From Vitrella brassicaformis CCMP3155 (Eukaryota; Protista; Chromerida), in the NCBI GenBank assembly GCA_001179505.1, contig CDMY01000399.1:1-64000 (forward strand): a stretch of DNA of 64,000 bases. The letters run 5' to 3'. The notes under the pieces were generated by a model. That model saw nothing but the letters and a program-made list of their open reading frames with translations. It had not been told where the DNA came from and searched no databases. This document shows, piece after piece, positions 37,397-49,000 of this stretch (positions within the stretch are counted from its first letter, which is position 1; each line of letters starts with the position of its first letter). The position numbers and the translations under genes were made by a program.

Positions 37397-38050
37397 GGTC
37401 GGCGCTGCACAGGTGTGCGTCGTGTGCGTGTCTGTGTCTATGTTTGTGTTTCAATACCTGTGTGTGTGTGGGGTCATCCGGCATGTCGTCCATCAGCAGG
37501 TGTGGCTCCAGCCGCTTCACGCAGGCAGCCACACACACAACTGCTACCTGTGTGTCAGCAGCCAGTCAAGTGACACACACATCCCATGAGTCCTTACCCT
37601 CTGTCTGTCATTCAGATCTCTTTGCCTGTGATGCGTCGTTCGTGTCGATGAGTTTGTCGGCGAGGCACACGTCCAGCAGCCGCACCGCCCGCAGGACGGT
37701 CGCGTCGCGGCAGCCCATCGACGCCGCTCTCTTGACCATCCCGTCCACCAACACGGCTGCAACACACGACAGACATCACAGCACACCTCTGAGTGCATCT
37801 GTCGTGTGTTGTGTGGACGTCGGGCGTACCTCTCTGCTGCGGCCATGTCATGTTACCGACCTGTTTGTCAGACAGCCGAACACAGAACACCTCTTGATTG
37901 ATCAGTCATCCGGCATTCCCGCTCGTTTATTGTCCTGCTCGCCTCACCGTGATGACTGCCGCCATGATGCCCTGCGATGGGCCTCAGCGATGAGTTGAAA
38001 CCATCACTTTGTGTCTGATGGGGCTCCAGCTGCCCTCTGGAAGGCATCAC
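34949..38050 (-). CDS. Divergent cyclin (N- and C-boxes) fused to lineage-specific F-box-like family domain (copy 2)
   Basis: QSR|AVLVDGMVKRAASMGCRDATVLRAVRLLDVCL ~ MRAILVDW..ETL.LAV..LDRFL. FAKYLM|FLSMCDVDL..LLAATAVYITRK..W ~ cyclin C-box. A phase-0 junction leads into GGSQEHPVSHLFVG, which is homologous to 12192-13839. The start is 38050 or 37909. Confidence 0.72.
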
Positions 38051-38510
38051 AAGCGCTGAGAGCGACGAAAAGGGCCTAGGATGGATGCGAGCTTGAAAGG
38101 GGAGGAAGTGAAGGCGTTTTCGGAAGCCGGTGACGGAGATGTCCTTCCCGTGAGCCGCCAGCCCCCTTCAGAGGCGTGCTGTGTTCTCTTTTAGCGTTGA
38201 GTGCCTTGCGTGTTGCCGGGCTGCGTCCATCTCGCGGGCCGTGGAGGAGATCTCTGTCGGTGAGTGAGCAGCCATGAGCAACGGACCAGAAGGCATCCAC
38301 GGGCAGCCCTGATCCATGTCATTTCGTGGTGTCTTTGATTCTGCAGATGTGAGCTGTGAGATCTGCGTCGGAAGCAGGGTGGCAGCGGACCATTCAGCAC
38401 CGAAGCGAAGGGCCGCCGAGCACTGACCAGGTCAGATGGCTAAAGCGGAGCGGGCACGGGCCATTCTACACATTGTGTGTATGGATGTTGTTTCTCGCAG
38501 CTGTGAGGCG

Positions 38511-40440
38511 ATGGAGTCGGCGGGCAGCACAGCATAGACCACAGCTGGCCATCCATCGCCCCAAGCAGTGCTGGCCAAAGTGGGCAAGCTCTGCGATGCC
38601 ATCCACACCAAAGAGGCGTACGACGAGGCCGTCCAGCAGCGCGGGCTGGATCCCGTCGAGGCCGAGATCACCGCCGTCATGGCCGACATTTGCCAGCTGC
38701 TAGCATCGGCAAGTGGTCCGCAGGTTCGGGTGTCGAAGCTCCTCCGACCGTTGTCCACCAAGCACATGTGCGACATCGTGGGGCAGAAAGCCGTAGATGC
38801 CGGTGTGGTGCCTGCCTTGGTAGGGCAGCTGAGTGAGTGCGAGGAGATGCAGATACCAGCAACATTAGTTCTGGCCCTAAGCATGCTGGCGGCTGATCAT
38901 GCTGCGGCGGTGGTGGATGCGGGTGCGGTCCCGCCCCTGGTGCAGCTCGTGTCGTCAGGCACCGACCGTGTGCGCCTGGCGGCGATTGCGGCGCTGCGCA
39001 TGATCATGGAGGGATCGGTGGACCGTCGCGATGCCGTGGTGGCGGCGGGCGTCCTGCAGCCCCTGCTGCCGGTGACGCGCGAGAGCAGCGACACCGATGT
39101 GCTGACCTGGAGTGCCCGCCTGGTGTACGACCTTTGGAGTGTCGCCGAGAACGAGCCTCTCCCCATCCCTCTGGCCGAGTTGGCCCCCTTCGTGCCCGTG
39201 CTGGTCGGTCTCATCGCCGCGCCTGAGCAGGACGACCGTGTGCTGCAGTCCGCACGAGGAGCCTTGGCGCAATACAGTGTGTGTGTTGAGGAAGACGGTC
39301 AGTATGCCTAAGTGCCTGAGAGATCGTTGAGGTGCAGTGCATGGTCCGCTTGTCCTATATGCTCAGGTACCGATGCCGATCGAGATGCTCTTGTGGAGCA
39401 TGGCGCCGTGGCGTCGATGGGGACACTTCTGGCCGACAAACACGCGAAATCCATCGGGTACATGATAGTGCACTGCATGACTACGGGTAAGACAGACACA
39501 CTGAATGATTCACACACACTCACTGATTGCAAGAACGTCACGTGAGTGTGTATCAATTAATTACAGGCACCACTGCACACAAACAGGCCGTCATCGATGC
39601 TGATTTGGTGCCTCTGCTGGTCGACCTGGCGGCTGGCGAGAAGACTGATCCCAACCTGAAGAAGATAGCAGAGAAGATCATCGGAAATATAGTCCGAGGA
39701 GGTTCGCAGCGACAGGTGCCTACGCTGACCGCTGAACAGCCCCACACTCACGGGCCTGTCTGTGTGTGTGTTCATTCCTCGTTCAATCATTCAGGTTGAG
39801 CATGTGGTCGAGTGCGGCGGCATCCAGCCCATCAGTGGCCTGCTCGACGGCGAGAATGACAATCGACTTACAGCCATGCTCTGGTTGCTGGACAAGATAC
39901 TAAGGTAGGTCAACAAGCTGCCGCCTCTGTGATACCCGACGTGTGCTGCCTTTGTGTGTGCAGAGCGGGTCGTCAGAAGCAGGCCACGAGGGCCTCCCCG
40001 ACAACCCCTACTCCACTCTAGTGGACCAGGTGAGCGAGCAAGAGAGAGAATGACGGGAAATAACCACCATTTACACAGCTGTCCTCTATTACGTTTCACG
40101 CAGGCGGGCGGTGTGGACAAGGTAGTCGAGCTGCAGACATACAATGACATGGGAGTCGCACTACAGGTAGCCCCACGTGTAGCAGGAATACCCACTGTCA
40201 GTGTGCCCTTCATTCATTCAGGCGATCGTGTGTCTCATAAGCCACTTCCCTACTCGCGTCGACGCACAGCGATTGGAGGCCTTGATTGAGGCGGGTGTGA
40301 TCCGGGTGGTGCAGGCCGACGAGGTGGAGACGAATGTGGGGGCGGATGATGATATCGGTAGCGATGGAGACAGCGATGGCGGTGGAGAGGGGGACGGCCA
40401 GCTGGAGGGTGATAGTCGGGGGGAGAGGGAGGAGGGGTAG
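38511..40440 (+). CDS. Importin-alpha-like armadillo-repeat protein lacking an IBB domain; in-frame TAG at 38535-38537 after the best ATG
   Basis: ARM repeats VVDAGAVPPLVQLV and AVIDADLVPLLVDL. VEHVVECGGIQPISGLL..LDKILR, DNPYSTLVDQ|AGGVDKVVELQ match the importin-alpha C-terminal pattern. Acidic tail. Confidence 0.8.
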
Positions 40441-41507
40441 ACAAGACACACACATTTATGAGAGGCTGCATGTCTGCCTTTATGACGGGTTTTCACGTCC
40501 ATATTGTTTTCCCTCAGGCGAGGTGGCTGGCGTGCTGCAGTAGAATAGCTAGCTGGGTGGGGGTGGGTGGCTTAGCGGTGAGTGGGCGATTGAGTTGACG
40601 TTTCGGACCGACACACTTGAAGCTTACGTGTCTCCACACATACACACACATACATCGACACAATTGTGTGTGACGTCCATTCCATAAGTGCACTCAATGC
40701 TGGCTACACTCATCGATCAGTCACAGTGGGTGATACACATGACCAAACAAACACCGCACAAACACCTGAGGTCCGTCACACGCCCCTCGCGGCCCCCCGG
40801 CCCGCCCAGACTATGGGAGCAAACAACCCGAGAGCACACCACACGCCAAATACATACAGCCAGCAAAGAACGGCACGCCCACAGACCTCCATCCATTAAC
40901 AGCAAAGTTAAGTCACGACTACTACTACTACTACAGACACACCAGACACATCAGTGAAGCAGCGAGCCCAACCCCTCCCTCCCTCCCTGTCTGCCTGAGC
41001 GGGCGAGTGATTCTCTCGGTCACTCAGCTAGTGGTAGCTGTTGCCCCCCCTGAGTTTGCTGCTGCTGCCGTGGCCATAGTGATCGATGCACTAAATGGGC
41101 TGTGAGCCGACATGCTTCATAGTGCCATTGTGGCCATGTAGATGTGTGTGTGCGCGCGTGCGTGTATGTTCAGCAGCTGAATGCGGTGCGCAGCACACTT
41201 ACCTGAGAGACACGACAGACAGACAGTCAGGCGACGGATGGATGGATGGAGAGACAGATGTGCATATCCTTCGCACATTCGTGTGAGTGAGTGAGTGGAT
41301 GGATGGATGGATGGATGGAAGAGAGGGACCTGTCGCACACCTGTCAATGATTCATCACATATATCGTCCGACCACACACATCTCATACATGTGAAGAGAA
41401 CTCGGCCTGCCTCCCTGCCAGCTGGCTACAAGGGGGCTTGCCAAGATCGACAACCAGTCACTAAACACACCACACAGCACAGTAGAGGACACAACAGATC
41501 GACACCA

Positions 41508-42566
41508 CTAGACCCTCACTCTCATGTTCTCATTGACCTCCTTCTCCAGGCCGAATCGCCTCAGCAAGCGGCGGAAGAGGCGCATCGACACGGGCAGACG
41601 GACGTCGAGCGGACATGATGCATCGGCAGCACATGGCTCAGTCGTGCAGAGCTCGATATTCGACCCGAAGCGCACCCTCACAAAGGCAGCAATGGTGTCG
41701 TCAGGCCGAAATCCACTGAGAATAACCAAGCGGCGGTAAGAACGACTCTTCCAGAGCCGGTAGCTGATAGCGATGCCCTCCTCGCCCGTGAGCTCATCAC
41801 TCATCCGACTGTCGCTCCTGTCGACGTGTACACTCAGCACGACCCTGGACGCCGAACGGGGGTCTCGTGCGACCCAGCACTGGAGCAGCATGTAGAGCAT
41901 CAGTGCTGTGAAGGATGGGAAGAGTTTGTTGTCGTCGATGACCACGGGATTCTGTTGGTTGTAGCCCTTTCTGTAGGGGTCGCCAGGTGGCAGCTTTTCT
42001 TTGTATTCGCCGATGATCGCCCTGTACAGCGGGTCGCCTCTGCACGCCACTCGATGACCAATGAGGGACAAATAGACCGTTTCTGTCAGAGACAGCCGCC
42101 GTGAGGCCTTCGTGCGCACATGAGCCGCCACCCATCGAGCTGACAGCACCACCGGCAGCGTCCTGTCAGCCATCAGCCGATAGTTGACGGCCAGCCGAAT
42201 GAAGGCCCCAATGTTCCTCCAGCCGTCGCCGCCTTGCTCCAGCACACGGGCGCACGCCAGGAAGTAGCCGAGACGGCTTGGACCACGCAGCCGGCGGGAA
42301 CACCACGCAAGTCGGCGGAAGATGGCAAGAAGTCCAGCTACATAACCACCAGCAGCCACATTCCCTCCGTACTCGCGGTCGATGTCGATGACGCCTCGGA
42401 GGGAATTGCCTTCAAGACGGGCATCGATGCGCTTCAGCAATAGATCAGCGGTGACGACAGAAATGTGGCTTTCTCGCGAGGTGCTGCGAAGCGCTGCCAA
42501 TTCACCCACGGACAGAAAAGGTACGAGCGCATTGTGCCACACATCGATGGGAAGCAGGTCTGTCAT
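41508..42566 (-). CDS. Intronless 352-aa lineage-specific protein with F-box-like N-terminus
   Basis: Uninterrupted ATG-to-stop ORF. DLLPIDVWHNALVPFLSVGELAALRSTSR fits the F-box pattern LP.E....I..FL....L..LR.vS. Confidence 0.75.
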   Translation of the reverse strand: MTDLLPIDVWHNALVPFLSVGELAALRSTSRESHISVVTADLLLKRIDARLEGNSLRGVIDIDREYGGNVAAGGYVAGLLAIFRRLAWCSRRLRGPSRLGYFLACARVLEQGGDGWRNIGAFIRLAVNYRLMADRTLPVVLSARWVAAHVRTKASRRLSLTETVYLSLIGHRVACRGDPLYRAIIGEYKEKLPPGDPYRKGYNQQNPVVIDDNKLFPSFTALMLYMLLQCWVARDPRSASRVVLSVHVDRSDSRMSDELTGEEGIAISYRLWKSRSYRRLVILSGFRPDDTIAAFVRVRFGSNIELCTTEPCAADASCPLDVRLPVSMRLFRRLLRRFGLEKEVNENMRVRV

Positions 42567-43061
42567 TTCGAGCTGCCGCCATGCCCATCAGGGTTTGGTA
42601 ACCCTGTACACCTAACCCTGAATGAGAGTGCAAAATAATAGCTGTCAGCACCGGTGCATGTGTAAGTTCATAGTGTGTGTGGTCTGGATCCGGATGTGGT
42701 TTTGCGATGAGGATGATCCTGGCTGCAGCCAATGGCCGTCACGTGTACCAGAGTATGAGTGGATGTGTCGTCGTGGGTCAATCCGACCGTTGTGTATGCA
42801 TCAGCTCAACCATTTAATTTGCACGGGACAGACACTTCATGTCGTCCATGATGTATAAATGGACAATATTAATAGGAAACACAGAACAGGCCAATCTCAA
42901 CAGGTCAGAGCATGTTGCAGATGGCACACATATCTCCTACCGCCAAAAATGTCAAACACACATCGACAAAGACCCATTGCAGATGACAAAGAAAGGACCT
43001 ATCAGCAGTCGACAGACAAGTCAGCGACATGTCTCTCGCACCCGCAGCAACACTTGGTCTA

Positions 43062-46000
43062 TCAAGAGAAGACCGCCTGAAAAGCGTCGCTCCAGGCTAC
43101 GCTCCACCTGAGACACAACAAGCAACATGGAGACGGAGAATAGAAATCGTGAGAGGCGCGGTAGGAGGGGAGGCCACTCGTTTGTGTGTACCTCCAGTAT
43201 GCTCTGAACACACGAGAGTTCACACCAGCAGCACCCCACAGCCAATACACAATCCTGCGCGGCACGAATGCACACGGACAGTCAGGAGTGGTTGTGTCTC
43301 CCCTATTGCTTGGGTGTGTGTGCGTGCCTTGTGTCCAGGTTGGACAGGAGAGTGTATGGCATGTGCGCGTCCAGCGGCTCGTCCGAGTCGGTGATCACCA
43401 TCCCATTCGCCACCAGGTGCGAGTCCAGCGTGTAGATCAGCTCCAAACCAGACAACTGAAAACGAGAAACCGGCAATTTCTTTTGAAAGTGGCATCCAGG
43501 CGTACACGTGCTTTTACCTGTGTTGATCTTCTCGCACCAGTGACGCGGGCAGGGCCAGACGGCCAGGAAATCGAGGCATTTGGTGGCGCGGCGGGCGACA
43601 CGGCCGCCTCAGTGACATTGCTCCTTCCTGCCGCACTGTCGCCCCCTCCTCTTCTGTGCCAACATCGTGATGGCATTTCTTGCGCGGCGTCTGGCTCTCC
43701 TCCGGAATGGCGGCTGGGCGGCCCTACTGTCTCAATCCAGTCGCCAGGCATCACCTGATCGGCACTGACGACATGCCGGCCCCTCCCTCTTCTCACCACA
43801 GGCAGCCTGTGAGAGGGCGACAGACGGAGAGACACCGATGCCGACGATGAGGAGCATGGTGGCGGTGCATCCTCAGTCCTTGTGGCCTCGATGTCGATCA
43901 CACGAGTCGGCCTCACTGCACACAAAGGGTGCACAGACGCAGGCAGCCACTTATGGAATACAAAGAGGTAGACGTGTGTGCGTGTTGTCCCTGACGTACT
44001 TGGGTACGACTCCCTGAAGTACACCTCTGTCAGTCTGGGCTGCCCTCCTGCGTTCCCGTCGTATGACAGTATCCGATCGCCCACACGCACCTCAGACGCC
44101 GCCACGGCCTCCAGCGGCTGAAACGGCTTGGTTGCTCTCTTTTCCGCTTTCAAAGCCTCCTTGTCCGGCCTTTTGGCCATGATCCCAACACCCAGCAACA
44201 GATCGATAAGGCGACCGATGACCAGGAAGAGTGACATGACACGACTCACTTCGCCGAGACTGCTACGGCGAAAGAAGTGAGCCTCAGTGTTTCCTCCCCT
44301 GTGTTGGAACGAGTGGTGCAGGCGGGAGCTCAGCGATTGAAATGATGACAACGGATCTCCTGTGTTGGATAATCGGACCAGCGGCCGTGGTGTCTCGTTG
44401 TGTGTCGGGACCCTCCAGATGGTGGCATTGGGGTCGATGCACGTTTTCTGCGAAAAGGACTGTGCGCAATTGAGCGGCTCGTCAGGCTGGCCGACCCACG
44501 TGCCCCAGAGACACTGGTAGTCTACAGCACAAACACACACACGCACACATACAGACACACTTACATTCGCTGTGTCGAAGCGAAGCGTGTATCTTCGACG
44601 TACGTTTGCCTGATCTCTCGCCGTGGAGTCTCGCCATCGGGTTGGCCATCTGTTGTGGCCAAAACCACTTGAAGTAATAGACATGCCTACATGACAGACA
44701 GACAGATACACGTCAGCCAGCGTCAATGGATGGATGGAGGGATGGAGGGACGGAGGGATGGAGGGATGGAGGGATGGGTGGCGTGTCGACATACACGCTG
44801 CTGGGGGGCCCGATGCGGAAGATTCTCCAGATTTTGACTACCGTGTTGACGGCCCAGGCTATCACGGCGGGTCCACCCTCATAGGGCGCTCGCGGCGGCA
44901 TGATTCCTCATAGGGTTTCTTGCCTATACCGGTCTCTATCGTTCGCCGACGCTGCAAACAACCTGCGTGGACGGGTAAAGTCATGACAAACACATAGGGG
45001 AGGGAGGGAGGATGGGTGGACAGACAGATTTTGTCCGTCTGTCTGTCTGTCTGTCTGCCTGTCTGTATGCCTGACACACTCTGTCATTCATTTGTTACCG
45101 AAGCCGCCGCCTCTGACAGTGATGTTCCTTCCGGGCACGTCTCTCATCCACTCATCACCGTGGTAAGGGGAAACGCCGGTCTGCGTCCCCCAGTACTGGG
45201 CTGTGATCGTGACCCTCCCTGACGAACCAACAAACGAAGCAAGGAACAGACAATGAACGCAGAAATTGCAGAACGCTGCGCTTACCTGCGCTGTGAGAAA
45301 GGGTGAATAGTTTCTCCTGGTCCTCCTGCAAGGAAAACACCACAGTGTGTGACGAATCAATCATTGGTCGAGCAACTGGCAAGCTGCCGTTGCGTCATTT
45401 TCCTCTTGGTGTGCACTGCCAGGCAAAGCAAGCGCACCGACCATGAAATCCGCGAGGGTGAAGTTCTCCGTTCTCCCTGACAGACAGGAGAGGTACACAT
45501 GGGGGGATCCATGCACCCGTCATTCATCTACGTATCGGTGTGTGTGTCTCTCTTGAACCATTTCTGTCGCTCACCAACGAAGTCGTCCTTAATCGGGTCT
45601 TGATCCCACAGAGCCAGGTACCACCACTTTGTACGGCTGAACATTATCGGGCCAAGCTGCGGATCGGCAGGCACATGTGGGATGCATGAAGGGGAGCAAG
45701 CGCCATTGGTTCGTCTTTGTGGTCGTCCAATCCACCGCCACACCCACCCTGTTGGGCCATTGTTGAACGATGGCCTCCTTCCCACTGCCTCTGTGTTCTT
45801 CGCCTTTGACGACCGGCAGGCTGTGCGGCGACTCAAGCCTGCACTTGCTCTCCTTCATCTCGGCCTCACACAGCCTCCCGTAGAAGTCACCCACGCCGAC
45901 CAGGTCATCGTCACCCAGCCGGTCCTTGTCACGACATATCCTGAATCCCAACGCATGCATGCATATCTCCATATGTGCCTGTTGATTTCGTCACTCAGTC

Positions 46001-49000
46001 GACGGCGTACATACATCGGGCCGACTTTGAGGAAAGCTGTCCTGGGCTCGGCCTCCTGTATGGGGCCTTCCGATTCGTTCTTCTGCCCGCCGATCCTCCC
46101 CGCGATGTCCCATTCGGCTGCAACGGTCTTGTTTAGCTTGGGCTGGGGCTTCTCGCAGCCAGGTGTGTAGCAGAAGGCGTAGTATCTCGCCCGATGCCGC
46201 CGCACCCATGGGCGCTGCTTGACAAAGTCGTCGTAGATGAGGTTTTCGAACTCGACAGACAGGGGGCCGGCCACATTGTAGCGGACCGTCTTGTGGGGCT
46301 CGCGAAAGGGCAGGGGGCACATCTCTGGTGGGTGCAGTGTGTGTGGGAGAGACACACACAGACAGGCAGGGGATGCATATGTGCTGTCCCGCCGTGGTTC
46401 GCTCACTGATGCAGGTGAAGGGTGTAGTGAGGTAGCCGTTAAAACACTGAGTCTTGAATGCAGGCCGGTCATCCCAAGTGGCTTGCTGCGGCTCAGGCAG
46501 GTAACCATTGGCACACCGCACCTCTGTCTCGGCTCCAGGTACCACAAGCCCATGCATTAGGGGCAGGGGGTAGCCTTTCTCTGGGTGGTAGTAGTTCTGC
46601 TCCCTCCCGTCGGCGTACACCATCTCATAACCAAACGGCTCGCACATCGCTGCGGTGGACAGACAGGATCACACAAACTCTGCTGTGTCCCGTCCGCTGC
46701 TTCCCCCTCCCTCCATCCCTTGGTTACGGTGGCACTGCATCTCGGGCTCAGACCAGTGGCCGTTGTTGCAGTGGACCTCTGACGTATAAGGCGGATCGAG
46801 CACGTTGGTGGCAAATGTCCACCTGAAACCAATCACACACGCACGGACATCATCAGCATTGCCCGTAGCACCAAACCAGCATACATACTGACTGACTGAC
46901 CTGCATTTGAGTCTGTCTGCGGGTGCCTTTCCGCCTTCAGCCGGGTAGACAAATGAGTCGTTGGTGCAGCAGGAGACCGTCCGTGAGGCGCCGTTCCGCA
47001 CAGTGCCGGTGTTGTAGACGGTGTCCATGCCTGTCCCGCTGCGCTCGACAATCATGGAGATGCCGAAGCGGCTGTCGTGGGTGTAGTCCTCCTCAGGCAC
47101 GTACTCTGGGCAGTTGGCTGTGAGTGAGTGGGGACAAAGCACATATGTGCCAACGGGGATTCTCTGTCTGAATGTCTCTCTCTCTCTCTCTCTCTATGGC
47201 TGACGTTCACAGATGAGGAGACGCGTGCTGTAGTCGCCATCCTCGCATGTGATAAACTGCCGGTCAGGCATACCGGACTGAGTGAACACCATCGACTGCC
47301 CATCCATCGAACATGCCATCGAGTCACACAAAGACACACCCATCTTGATTGACAATTTCTCTTGACTCTTCCTCCATCTGTGCTTACGTCTGAGTGCCTG
47401 ATGGCGCATCGTATCTGAAGTGACTTGCCGGCCGGGAACAGTGATTCCGTGAGGTGGTCCCGTGGCCGGACGATCTGATACCGCGACTGGTTCATGACGG
47501 CGATGTCATTCGCCAGCGCCCACTGGACGTAATCGATGCACATCTCTGACGAACACGGTGAATCGACAGACACAGAGAGACAGACAGACAGACAGACATG
47601 TGTCGCTTCCACCCTCTGTGCGTGTGTGTGTGTGTGTCTGTGTGTGTGTTGCCCCCCCTCAGTGCTCACTTCTGCATCTCAGTTCCATCGGCCACCAGTG
47701 TCCATCGTTGCACTCGATGGTCTCGGGCTCTGAGCCGCTGATGGGCGAGAAGGTGCGTGCGCAAGACACCGATATGACGGTGCCGTGCCGCAGCGACTCG
47801 GACCCGCCCTCGATGGCGTATTTGGCCATCGACTCGCCCATGCCATCGAAATACACCTGCAACTCAGGGCAGTCACCTAGACAGGAGACCAAGCAAAAAC
47901 AGGTTGTTTGTCTGACGGCTCTCGAGCGTGTGTGTGCTGACGTGCGTACGTCTGCACTGTATGCCGGTGAGTGTCCAGACGCCATCCTGACAGTCAGTGC
48001 TGTCCATCGGCCGCGAGAGAGTCGACATGAATCCCCCTGTGGTGTTGCAAGTGACTAGAAGCCGGTTGCCGTGGATGTAGAGAGGCAGCGACCTGTTCTT
48101 CTCGTCGACTCGGGGCACGTTCTCCCCCGACGGCGGCGTGTTGGCGAGTGAGTCTGATATGACGTAGCGGAATGGCTCCTCGTCTGGGCGGTACAGACGA
48201 AGGTCTATCTGGGCCAGGCACGGACCTGCGCACACACACACATCCATCCATCCATCCATATCTCACTGTCCGTCTTGGTGTCTGTCCGTCTGTGTGGTGC
48301 TGTCATATACGTGGGCATGATAGTGTGGACCGTTCCCACTCGCCGTCGTTGCACCTGACCGTCTCGTTCTCTGGCGCCGGGTGGGGGCAGTACTTGGACT
48401 CGCACTTGAGGATGAATGCCGTCCCGTGGCGCGAGCAGCTGTCACCACCCGCATAAAAGGGAGACGCCTTGTCCTTCTGCACACACAACATACCACCGCC
48501 TGTGGTGCCGTGGTGGGGTGTGCCTCGATCGCCTGCTTGCTTGTCTGAGTTGGTCTTTGGTCATGCATGGCCCGGGCGGCTCGCACTTCATGCGGTTCCC
48601 TCTTGTCGGCTTCACAAACGGCGGACACCGACGATGGCAGAAGTGCTGCATGTCGGTCCACACAGCGTTGCGGCACTGCACGTCGCACTGGTGCTTGCTG
48701 CAGTCCTCCACGTCCCTTGGAATCCACTCGGGATCGGTCTCACGCATGGTCGCCAGATGCTTCCGCATCTGTGTCATGGGGCTGGCAAGGTCATACTCGC
48801 CCTTGCACATCAGCTTCATGAACGAGCCGTCGTCGTAGAGCTTCGTTCGGTCGAGCGGCTCGTAGAAGAACCGATCAAGAGTCTCGTTGAGCGTGTCGGC
48901 TCCCCCTCCCCCGCCGACAGAGAATTGAGGGCCGGGTGCCTGCTCCTCCTCCTCGTCTTTCCCTGGCTCAGACGGACGGCCGCTGAAGAGCACCTCATAC

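Noticed and set aside
44160-44250. Hydrophobic stretch VMSLFLVIGRLIDLLLGVGIM as a transmembrane helix within the Hint domain
   Set aside because: It starts at a perfect GTGAGT donor and may be an in-frame intron, so it cannot be claimed as TM.
44700-45100. Apparent frameshift between the C2-like and Hint regions
   Set aside because: An alternative acceptor (CTATGAG|GAATC) and the donor GT|GTATGT give an open phase-compatible path, so a frameshift is not required. The junction remains uncertain.
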